Below are positions 26,495 through 37,330 of a stretch of 64,000 bases of DNA, in pieces; position 1 is the first letter of the stretch, and every line of letters begins with the position of its first letter. Below the pieces are notes generated by a model. The model made no database searches. It was not told where the DNA came from and saw only the letters and a program-made list of their open reading frames with translations. Source of the DNA: Mobula hypostoma (lineage: Eukaryota); NCBI RefSeq assembly GCF_963921235.1, contig NC_086118.1:24120001-24184000 (forward strand), in the 5' to 3' direction. The translations under genes and the position numbers were made by a program.

Positions 26495-26697
26495 CGTACA
26501 AAATGCAGGAAGAACTCAGCAGGTCAGGCAGCATCTATGGAATGGAATAAACAGTCAACGTTTCAGATCGAGACCCTTCAGGACGATGATTCAAGTCAAC
26601 TATTCTTTTCCATAGATGCTGCCTGACTTGCTAAGCCCCTCTAGCATATTGTGTGTGGTACAACTGATTTCTAGCATCTGCAGAAACTCGTTGTTAT
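26495..26697. mobile_element. Older palindromic Penelope pLTR insertion
   Basis: Inverted arms (ggcagcatctatggaa / ttccatagatgctgcc), a decayed hammerhead and a degenerate TSD TATCAGTGGGCA / TATCAATGGGCA. Confidence 0.72.
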
Positions 26698-26744
26698 TAT
26701 CAATGGGCAGGTTTAAATAAATGCGATTTGAAAGGGAATTGTCT

Positions 26745-27565
26745 TAGAACATAGAACAGTACAGCACAGGAACAGCTCCTTCAGCCCACAATGTTGTGCT
26801 GAACCAAATAAATCAGTGATCAAATAGCCAACTAAACTAATCCCTTATGCCTACACAACGACCATATCGCTCTATTTTCAACCCTGGGAAACAGATACTC
26901 TCTGTCCACTCTATCTATGCCTCTAATAATTTTGTAAACATCTATCAGATCTCCCTTCAGCCCTTGGTGCTCCAGAGTAAACAGCCCAAGTTTTCCCAGC
27001 CTCTCATGATAGCACACGCCCTCTAAACCAGACAGCACCCTGGTAAACCTCTTCTGCACCTTTTCCAAAGCTTCAACATCCTTCCTATAGTGGTGCAACC
27101 TGGACTATAGGCAATACTCTAGTTCTCTAGATGTTGCCTAACCAGAGTTTTATAAAGTTGCAACATAACCTCTTGACTTTTGAACTCAGTGCCTCGATTA
27201 AAAGCAAGCATTCCATAAGCCTTCTTAACCGATCTTATCGACCTGTGTAGCCAACTTCAGGGAGCTATGAACTTGGACTCCAAGATCTCTCTGCTCAGCA
27301 ACACTGATAAAGATCTTGCCCTGAACAGTGTACTCCACCAAGGTGCAACACCTCACAGTTACCTGGGTTAAACTCCATCTGCCATTTCTCTGCCCATATC
27401 TGTAACTGATCTATATTGTGCTGTATTCTTTGCCAGTCTTCTACACTATCCACAACTCCACCAAACTTGATATCAACAACAAACTTACTAACTAATCCAC
27501 ATACTTCACATCTAAGCAAACATTCCCCCCTCCCATCTTTGGGTGGTCCCTCCCTTTCCCTAGTT
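26745..27565 (-). mobile_element. CR1 LINE 3' fragment
   Basis: ORFs 26832..27098 and 27295..27519, with an AGAACATAGAAC tail signature. Confidence 0.85.
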
Positions 27566-28136
27566 ATCTTCCTAAGATTGTGAGATGGTGGTGTGCTTGG
27601 ACACAGCAGTTTCTATGGGGCTGAGCAAAGGTGTTGTCTTTTTTAAATGTATTTCCTATGATCAGCTCGACATTAAGAACATAAAACAATGCAGGTCCAC
27701 CCTATCAGCGAGTTGCTCATTTGTGGAGAAACTGAAGAAGTTGGAGTTGGTGTGGACCATGCTATTGCCTGTGTCAGAGAGGGATGGGCAGTATGTAGTT
27801 CAACAGTGAGTGATTATCCCAAGTCCAATTCACTGGTTTATTGGCAGACAGTGGGCATGGATGATGGGGGAGCAGAGTGACCTCATTCATAGCAACAACT
27901 AGGCCTCAAGCTGTGGTGTTGCCTGTTTACAGCTGCCCAGGAGAAAGGTGTCAGAATCGGTGATCTCCACCAGTGCCGGTGTAGCATAGCATCCAAGTTG
28001 GAGTTGGTGCTGCCCCCCTCCCAGTGTTCACTTGAAATAAGACGAGCTGTATTGTGCTCGGCTGCAAAGTACTGTAATATTCATCCACTTGTGGACTTGG
28101 ACTATATATCTTTTGTGTGCATCTTTATTTTACTGC

Positions 28137-28484
28137 TAACTGGGGAGAGGATGGGACCACTCAAAAGTGGGAGGGGGGAATGTTTGCTTGGATGTGAAGT
28201 ATGTGGATTAGTTAGTAAGTTTGTGGATGATACCAGTTTTGGTGGAGTTGTCGATAGTGTAGAAGACTGGCAAAGAATACAGCACAATATAGATCAGTTA
28301 CAGATATGGGCAGAGAAATGGCAGATGGAGTTTAACCCAAATATCTGTGAGGTGTTGCACCTTGACAGGGAAACTGCAAAGAGACAGTACACTGTTAAGG
28401 TCAAGATCTTTATCAGTATTGCTGAGCAGAAAGATCTTGGCGTCCAAGTTCATAACTCCTTGAAGTTGGCTACACAGGTCGATA
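28137..28484 (+). mobile_element. CR1 fragment, inverted counterpart of 27236-27565
   Basis: Shared translation 'CEVCGLVSKFV.D..FGGVVDSVEDWQRIQHNIDQLQIWAEKWQMEFNP'. Confidence 0.85.
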
Positions 28485-28872
28485 CATGCTTGTTATCTTA
28501 TACTGTATGCATTATAAGTGCCTTGCATTGTGTATGACTGCTGGTATTGTGTTTTGCATCTTGATCCCAGAGCAACACCATTTCATTTAGTTGTATTCAT
28601 GGATATTCAAGTATGGTTGAATGACAATTCAACTTGAACTTGATCTCTTGTTCCTGATGCATGTATAGAACGCATTGGATTCTTTTTCATCCTGCTTGCC
28701 GAGGACTTTTCATGGCCTCTCCCGGCTTTCCTACTTCTTTGCTTGAGTTCTTTTCTAGTGTCTTTACAATCATCCAGGGCGTTGATCAAGACTTCAAATC
28801 TGCTACTTCAGTTACTATCTGAACCATTATTTTGGTTGAGATACTGTCTGCACCATTATCATTAGAATGCCA

Positions 28873-29470
28873 ACAACAGGAATTCTGCAGATGCTGGAAA
28901 TTCAAGCAACACACATCAAAGTTGCTGGTGAATGCAGCAGGCCAGGCAGCATCTGTTGGAAGAGGTGCAGTCGACGTTTCAGGCCGAGACCCTTCGTCAG
29001 GACTAACTGAAGGAAGAATTAGAAAGAGATTTGAAAGTGGGAGGGTGAGGGGGAGATCCAAAATGATGGGAGAAGACAGGAGGGGGAGGGATGGAGCCAA
29101 GAGCTGGACAGGTGATTGGCAAAGGGGATATGAGAGGATCATGGGACAGGAGGCCCAGGGAGAAAGATGGGGGGTGGGTGGGGAACTAGAGGATGGGCAA
29201 GGGATATAGTCAGATGGACAGAGGGAGACAAAGGAGAGTGAGAGAAAGAATGTGTGTATAAAAATAAATAATGGATGGGGTACGAGGGGGAGGTGGGGCA
29301 TTAGCGGAAGTTTGAGAAGTCAATGTTCATGCCATCAGGTTGGAGGCTACCCAGACGCAATATAAGGTGTTGTTCCTCCAACCTGAGTGTGGCTTCATCT
29401 TTACAGTAGAGGAGGCCGTGGATAGACATGTCAGAATGGGAATGGGACGTGGAATTATAATGTGTGGCCA
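28873..29470 (-). mobile_element. 5'-truncated Penelope-like element with intact hammerhead motif (28969-29004)
   Basis: GIY-YIG C-terminal coding remnant and pyrimidine-rich 3' region. 13-bp TSD CATTAGAATGCCA at 28860-28872 and 29471-29483. Confidence 0.9.
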
Positions 29471-30349
29471 CATTAGAATGCCAGCAGGTTGAGATTTAAT
29501 TCTTTCAGTGCAGGTTTATTACGAACAATGAGAAGTGTCACTACAATAAAAACCCATATCTACTGCTGGTGGAGGAAGATATGTTCACCAGAGGAAACTA
29601 TATCTCCTTGTGTATGCTATTGCAGCAGGCGATGAGGAAAGAAGTATTTCCCCTTTATTTTACTTGCATCATAGAAGGAGCCATTTGCTGCAGTGATTCT
29701 TTCCCAGCTCACAGAGCAAACCGGTTCCCAACAATTTTTTCCTGTAACCTACTACATCCCCATCAATTCTCACAGATTCTTCTACTCACACACAGATTGA
29801 GGGCAATTCATGGTGGCCAGTCAACCTACCAACCCGTAGGTCTTTGAGAGTAAGTCAGGGGAAACAGTGACAGCAGGAGCGAATGTCTGTGTCATTCAGT
29901 CAGTAGCTGAGGTCAGGATTGAGCCCACATCACTGGATCTGTCAGGCAGCAGCAATACCAGCTGCATCACTGTGCCCACCATCCTTTGCCTTTCCCTGGA
30001 GAACAATTAATGCAAATAGATAAGTAGATCTTTAATTTTACTCCCTGAGAAGCATTTTGGATTCCCTGCTAGTATTCTCATCCATTCACTTTGTGGCTTC
30101 AAGCCAATGAACTGGCAGAGTGTCTCAAGTTTCAGGTCTCCTGAGACATCAGAGACTGAGCTCTTCCCTGACGTCACAGCCTGTCTGCACTGATGTTCTA
30201 GACCAATGGGTAGACTTTCCTCCATTGTTTATCTGTTTTCAGGATACCCGCAGGAACCACCTCATGAAGTCTGAGGCAGGAGGCCCAAAATCTCTGCCAC
30301 GAAGAACATTTCCACAGATTACAGGGCGGGGAGAAAGGCATTTGGCACG

Positions 30350-30920
30350 CCGGCCTTCATCAGTCAGAGCGTTTGAGCATTGAAGTTGGGACAGTTTGTT
30401 GCAGGTGTGTAAGTCATTGCTGAGGCTGCACTTGCACAGTGTTATTGGAAAGTATAGAAAAGATTTACAAGGATGTGCCCACGACTAGCGCCCCTGAGCT
30501 ACAAGGAGTGTTTGTGCAGACTAGGATTTTATTCCTTTGGAAGTAGGAGAATGGGGGGGTGACCGCAAAAAATGTTCACAATTATGAGAAACATAGATAA
30601 GATGGATGCTGTCAGTCCTTTCCCTAGGGTGGGGGAATCCAAGACTAGGCATAGACAGAGTGAAAGATGAATAATTTTAAAAGGGATCTGAGGAGCAATT
30701 TTTTCACGAAGAGGGTGGTGAGTATAGGGAAAGAGCTGCCAGAAGAAGTGCTTGAGATAGATACAATAGTATCATTTGAGAAGCACTTGGATAGGTACTT
30801 GGAGAGGCAAGGCTTAGAGGGATATGGGCCGAATTCAGAAAGTAGTTGTGTGGACACCATGGTAGTCAGGAATTTATTGGGCTGAAGGGCCCTTGTCCCA
30901 GCTGTATCACTTGATGACTT
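30350..30920 (+). mobile_element. Degenerate CR1 3' fragment
   Basis: ORF 30667..30885 'FKRDLRSNFFTKRVVSI..ELPEEV...FEKHLDRYL'. Confidence 0.8.
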
Positions 30921-33372
30921 CCCTTCTGAGAAAAAAAATTAAACATTTCTCACAAATTTAATACACATTTCACAAGAGATCATTCATTGTAACTTTTTAA
31001 TTGTGCTGGAGCATGAGAAATAACCGAACTCCTGGTCTCGACATCAGAAAGTGGATTACAAAAGAATTTAGATATTCCATAACTACAATCCACATTTTCA
31101 AAGGAACTGCAGGGTTGTAAAGTCCTTGGAAATTCTGAAATGTAGTGCAAGTTATTTTTTCTCAAGTTTTGCTATTGATAATCATGTTGAAACAAAGTGC
31201 TATAAATACTCATCTCATCACCCAGCATTTGTCCAGAGGGAAACAGTTAACATTTCAGATTGGTAATCTTTCATCAGAATTTACATGTTGAAAACTGGTG
31301 ATAAAACAACTTTTTAGTTGTAGGGTAAAGGTGGGAGTAGATTTGCAACAGGATGCTGGACACAGACGGGCCAGCAAATTAGGTAATGCAAGGAGTTTCT
31401 TTCTCACATCTTTTGATGGAGTGAGTAGCCATTTATGTTCTCAATTGACTTTGAGAAACTGAAGGGTTTGGGCTTCCAGTGGCATACAGCAATTTCTTGA
31501 ACTATGCTCTTGTACTTCAATTTTTTTTATTACAGTGGTAAAACAGTCATGTGCATCCTGTTTATTGAAGCTTCTCATTTATGCAAGAGCCTGAAGCTAG
31601 CTGATAATGGATTAGATTTATAATTCTATCTTTGACAAGTCATGCTTGCGTTGTTAATGTATTTTAAAATTCTCATGCTATCTGTTTATGATGCAACACA
31701 TACAAAATGCTGGAGGAACTCAGCATGTCAAGCAGCATTGTGTGTTTTTCTCAAGATTTCCAGCATCTGCTGAATCTGTTGTGTTTATGGTTTATGAGCC
31801 AATTTGTTTACTTATAACAATGTTAAATTTATTGACTCATATAACTGGCAAGCTGAGAAACATTTGAAAATAGTGAAGAGATCTTCAAAAAGTGTTACTG
31901 CAATCTTGTGTATTAGTTATGTCTGTCCGGAACCAGAAATAGATCTAGTCTAATTTTTTCCACATAAGCATCTACATAGGCGAGATCAGCTAGGAATATC
32001 TCCCCAAAATTCAAAGACATCAAGTTTTAAACATTTTAGATCTAATGCATGTGATGCATTTAATACATGAGATGTGATTGACAGCTCAGCTGCCCAGGTA
32101 GACATTTGCAACATTACATGGTCTTAAGCAGAGGTCTAAGACACAGAGCGCATGTTTCACTGGTGCAAAATAGCTTTATTCAAAAACATCTTGTGATTCC
32201 ATTTGTCCTTTGTTTCGCTGTATTAATGGCTGTTCTCAAGCATATGGTATATTTCAACACCCCGCCCCCATATACATGGATCTCCCTTATCCTGATTTAT
32301 CAGCAAGTCATGGCTTAAAGTGTGTCTCAAGTAGCTGATTGGAATCCAATCAACAGAGCCCTTTCTCTCAATTGATTCCACATGGACCACAGAGTTCCGT
32401 CTGCATTTGGTAAGTCATCCCGAATTTCTTATGGCCATGCTAATATTGAATGAGTGTATCTATGTATGTGTACACATTATGGAATCAATGAATGTCTGTA
32501 TACATTTCCAGACCACTCATATCAGGTGGCGCCCTGCTGTAACAATGCAACTGCTATTTCTCATTGAGAATGGTCTCTGTTTACACAGCTGCACCTTATG
32601 GTTTCAAAACCAATCACTGCTTCCTAATACCCATATGTTTAATGGGAGAATTTCAAAATTTCCAGCAGATCATCTGTTGTTTCTTGCTTGAAGCTCTCAA
32701 GTAAACCATCAATTGCAGTTAATCCCTTTCTTCATGAATTAATTGTCTCTTGCACCTATTGACAATGTAGAAGTTAATTCATGTTCCCTACGACCATGAA
32801 CACTTCTGACAGCCATGAAGCCCACTATAGTAAGGCCTCTTAGGAGTAAAGCTAAATACTGGCCTTGCAGAGATGACCACACCCTGTTAAGTAAGCTTTA
32901 TAACAACAGCCCATTTTACTTCAATTAAAATCAATGGATTCAACTTCAGGGCCTGTATCTGACATTCTGTCACTGCAGTGCATTGCTATTGACACAGGAT
33001 AAAACTCCAGGCAATCTAAATGTTCATTAATTATAATGAATAAGCTGCTCTAGCATTACTCCAGATCTCAGTATAAAATTCAACAACAATCAGTCAGCCA
33101 CTTAACAGCATTTACTAAAAGCACGCTGGTTTATCATAGGAGGCTTTGATAACCTATTCACACAGTGAAGCAATCCATTGCTTGCAGTACAGACACACAT
33201 TGGTTTAGTGTGGGCTGTCCCTTCTGTATGATTGGTGTGGAGTGTTCATGGTTCTGTAGAGCATCAGTGTGCTTTCCCTTCTCAAGAAGATGCCACTTGC
33301 CCTCCCACTCAACCAGTGTCCTTGTGGTTGCCTAACTACAAGAAAGGCCAGAAAACTAGTAAAAAATAGATT

Positions 33373-34022
33373 AAGCAACACAAATCAAAGTTGCTGGTGA
33401 ACGCAGCAGGCCAGGCAGCATCTCTAGGAAGAGGTACAGTCCACGTTTCAGGCCGAGACCCTTCGTCAGGACTAACTGAAGGAAGAGCTAGTAAGAGATT
33501 TGAAAGTGGGAGGGGGAGGGGGAGATCTGAAATGATAGGAGAAGACAGGAGGGGGAGGGATGGAGCCAAGAGCTGGACAGGTGATTGGCAAAAGGGGATA
33601 CGAGAGGATCATGGGACAGGAGGTCCAGGGAGAAAGAAAAGGGGGGGGGGAACCCAGAGGATGGGCAAGGGGTATAGTGAGAGGGACAGAGGGAGAAAAG
33701 GAGAGAGAGAAAAAGAATGTGTGTATATAAATAAATAACGGATGGGGTACAATGGGGAGGTGGGGCATTAGCAGAAGTTTGAGAAGTCAATGTTCATGCC
33801 ATCAGGTTGGAGGCTACCCAGACAGAATATAAGGTGTTGTTCCTCCAACCTGAGTGTGGCTTCATCTTTACAGTAGAGGAGGCCATGGATAGACATATCA
33901 GAATGGGAATGGGATGTGGAATTAAAATGTGTGGCCACTGGGAGATCCTGCTTTCTCTGACGGACAGAGCGTAAGTGTTCAGCGAAACGATCTCCCAGTC
34001 TGCGCCAGGTCTCGCCAATATA
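33373..34022 (-). mobile_element. 5'-truncated Penelope-like element with GIY-YIG endonuclease fragment
   Basis: ORF 33768..34043 'YIGETWRRLGDRFAEHLRSV...PVATHFN...LRLEEQHLIFCLGSLQPDGMN'. Hammerhead motif at 33438-33473. Confidence 0.92.
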
Positions 34023-34024
34023 AT

Positions 34025-34310
34025 AATTAGCTTTATTTGTCACATGTAAATCAAAATGTCGTTTTGCATCGAATCAAACTAGCAAGCGTTATGCTGAGCA
34101 GGCCACAAGCATTACCCCACTTTCAGTGCCAACATAACATGTCCACAACTCACTAACCCTAACCACATATCTTTGGAAAGTGGGAGGAAGCTCCACAGTC
34201 ACGGGTAAAACATACAAACTCCTTACAGTTAATAGTGGGAATTGAACCCCAAGTGTCGATCGCTGGCCAGCACTGTGAAGCTGTTGTGCTAACCCCTACG
34301 CTACCAGGCC
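34025..34310 (-). mobile_element. V-domain-type SINE remnant
   Basis: 'ctttggaaagtgggaggaa...catacaaactccttacag...gggaattgaaccc' is the reverse complement of the V-SINE head and core. Confidence 0.7.
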
Positions 34311-34709
34311 ACTCAAATGAGGAGGGATTGAGATCGCATTATTTGCATTGAAGTTTGTGAAGTTGCGACCTGAAGCTGAGCCCTAAAGTTGTTGGTGGAG
34401 GTCCTGCTTTGAGGTCGTCTGGATTCAGCTTCACTGTAAGTCAATAGCCTTCCATCAGTCGTACTGTATCTGCTGGGGAAGCACTGCATAGGAGCACAAG
34501 ATAGAGACATGCAGATGATGAGCTTAGGAAGAACATGCAAGTGGGATTAATTGACAGGTCGATGAATGTTGGAGTTCTTTGATTTGTATATTTGATTCAA
34601 AATGTTTATTTTGTGTTGGCTTTTAATTGTGCAGCATTTACAAAGAGCAACAACATGGAAAGTTAAACATGAAAGTTGCATGAAAGTGGGATTGGGGTCA
34701 AGTTATTTT

Positions 34710-35870
34710 ATATGACCTCTTTTGCTTTAATGCTGTTTTTGACTTCCAGCCATTGCTATTCTCCCATCATCCCTTTTAGTGTCCCCTTCCAATCAGCTTT
34801 AGCCAGCTCCTCTTTCATGCCTCTGTAGTTCCCAATACTCCACTGAAATACTGATACATCCAATTTTTGCTTCTCTCTCAAAATGCAGGGTATATTATGA
34901 TCATTGCCTCCTAAGGGTTCCTTTACCTTAAGATCCCTAATCAAATCTGGTTCAATACACAACACCCAATCCAGAATTGTCTTTCCCCTAATAGGCTCAA
35001 CCACAAGCTGCTCTAAAAAGTCATCTTAGGCATTCTACAAATTCCCGCTCTTAGGATCCAGCACCAACATAATTTAGCCAGCACCAACACCCTCTCCAAA
35101 ACTTTGACATCCTTCCTATAATGGGACAACCAGATGTGGCCTAATTAGAGATTTATAAAGCTGCAACATAACTTCCTGATTTTAGAACTCAATGCCTTGA
35201 CTAATGAAGGTAAGCATGCCATCTGCCTTTTTAACCACTCTGTCAATCTGTGTACCGCTTCAGGGAGCTATGAACTCGGACCCTAAGTTCCCCCTACTCA
35301 TCAATACTGTTAAGGGTTTTGCCCTTAGCAGTGTATTGTCTCTTTCCACTTAACCTGGCAAAGTGCAACACTTCACATTTGTCTGGGTTATACTCCATTT
35401 GCCATTTCTTCACCCAAATCCGCAACTGATCTTAATTCCACTGTGTTCTCTGCCAGCCTTCTAAACAACCTGCAACATCACCAATCTTCGTATCATCTGC
35501 AAACTTATTAAGCCACCCATTTACATTTTCATCTGGGTCATTTATATATACACAGACACAAACAGCAGAAATCCCAGTACAGATCCCTATAGCCCACCAA
35601 CCACTTCAGACCTCCAGCTTCGACCACCAACCTTTATCTTCTATGGGCAAGCCACTTCTGATTCCAATTGGCCAATTCACTATGGATTCCATGCATCTTA
35701 ATCTTCAAGATGAGCCTCCCATGAGGGACCTTATCAAACACCTTACTAAAATCAATGTAGGCAACATCCACAGTTCTACCTTCATTAATCACACTCGTAA
35801 CATTGCCAAAAAACTTAATCAAGTTATTAAGACATGACTTGTCCTGCACAAAGCCATATTACTCTCTCTA
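34710..35870 (-). mobile_element. CR1 LINE fragments
   Basis: ORFs 34756..35004 and 35634..35849 'VDVAYIDFSKVFDKVPH'. Confidence 0.85.
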
Positions 35871-35874
35871 ATCC

Positions 35875-36724
35875 ATTCATTTATTTGTTATGCGTCATGT
35901 CGCATGATGTGGGTGATCATGGTCTTTCTATGAGCAAATTTTCTTGACAATTTTTTCTATAGAAGTGGTTTGCCATTACCTTCTTCCGAGCAATGTCTTT
36001 CTAAGACAGGTGACCCCAGCCATTATCAATTCTCTTCAGAGATCTTCTGCCCGGTGTCAGTGGTCGCATAACCACGACTTATGATTTGCACCAGCTGCTC
36101 AAGAAAACAACCTCTCCCTCAATGTCACAAAAATAAAGGAGCTGGTTGTGTACTACAGGAAGAATGGAGATAGGCTAACCCCTATTGACATCAATGGATC
36201 TGGGGTTGAGAGGGTGTAGAGCTTTAAGTTCCTTGGCATAAACGTCACCGAGGATCTCACGTGGTCTGTACAAATGGGTTGTCTGGTGGAAAAGGCACAA
36301 CGGCGCCTCTTTCACCTCAGACAGTTGAAGAAGTTTGGTGTGGGCCCCCAAATCCTAAGAAATTTCTGCAGGGGCACAATTGAGAGCATCCTGATTGGCT
36401 GCATCACTGCCCGGAATGGGAACTGTACTTCCCTCAATCACAGGACTCTGCAGAGAGTGGTGCGGACAGCCCAGCGCATCTGTAGGTGTAAACTTCCCAA
36501 TATTCAGGACATTTACAAAGACAGTTGTGTAAACAGGGCCTGAAGGATCAATAAAGTCATTTCAATTCATACAACTATCCACCACCTGCTCGCATGGCTT
36601 CATGTGACCCTGACTGGGTGGGCTAAGCAGGTGCTACACCTTGCCCAAGGTTGACCTACAGGCTAGCAGAGGGAAGGAGCACCTTACACCTGCTTTACTA
36701 GAGACGTGTCTCCACCCTGTCACC
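35875..36724 (-). mobile_element. RTE-related SINE copy interrupted by a plus-strand Rex1/Babar fragment (~36101-36555)
   Basis: Homologous to 10725-11092. The inserted ORF 36274..36543 reads 'KAQRRLFHLRQLKKFG...TIESIL.GCIT'. Confidence 0.72.
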
Positions 36725-36935
36725 TATCTTCCTAATTAGTCCATGGTTTCCCAAGTGCTTATAAAGTCTATCCATAAGAATTCTCTCCAGTGACTTCCGG
36801 CTGAAGTAATGATGTCCTCATTGGCAAAGTCAGTGTTGTACATAGTTTGCTGTCAAGAGTTGCCTACTCTGCACAGTTCTTTGTTGTGGTTGTGCTAAAG
36901 TGCTCACCAGAGTAACATGATTGCTCAGTCATTAC

Positions 36936-37330
36936 AGAATCAGAATCAGGTTTATTATCACCGGCATGTGATGTGAAATTTGTTAACTTAGCAGCAGCAG
37001 TTCAATGCAATACAAAATCTAACAGAGAAAAAATAAATAAATAAACAAGTATTTCAATTACATATACTAAATTGATTCAAAAACTGTGCAAAAACAGAAA
37101 TACTGTATATTAAAAAAAAGTAAGGTAGTGTCCGAAGATTCAATGTCCATTTTGAAATAGGATGGCAGAGGGGAAGAAGTTGTTCCTGAATCGCTGAGTG
37201 TGTGTCTTCAGGCTCCTGTACCTCCTATCTGATGGTAACAGTGAGAAAAAGGCATGCCCTGAGTGCTGGAGGTCCTTAATAATGGACACTGCCTTTCTGA
37301 GGCACCGCTCCTTGAAGATGTCCTGGGTAC
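36936..37330 (-). mobile_element. Rex1/Babar LINE 3' end
   Basis: ORF 37140..37379 C-terminal motif and a (CAGAAT)n tail. Confidence 0.8.

Noticed and set aside
36590..36724. Possible HDV-like ribozyme at the 5' end of the RTE-related SINE
   Set aside because: Some complementarity is visible (AAGCAGGTG / CACCTGCTT), but the nested double pseudoknot could not be assigned by eye. It would need an RNArobo or Infernal search.
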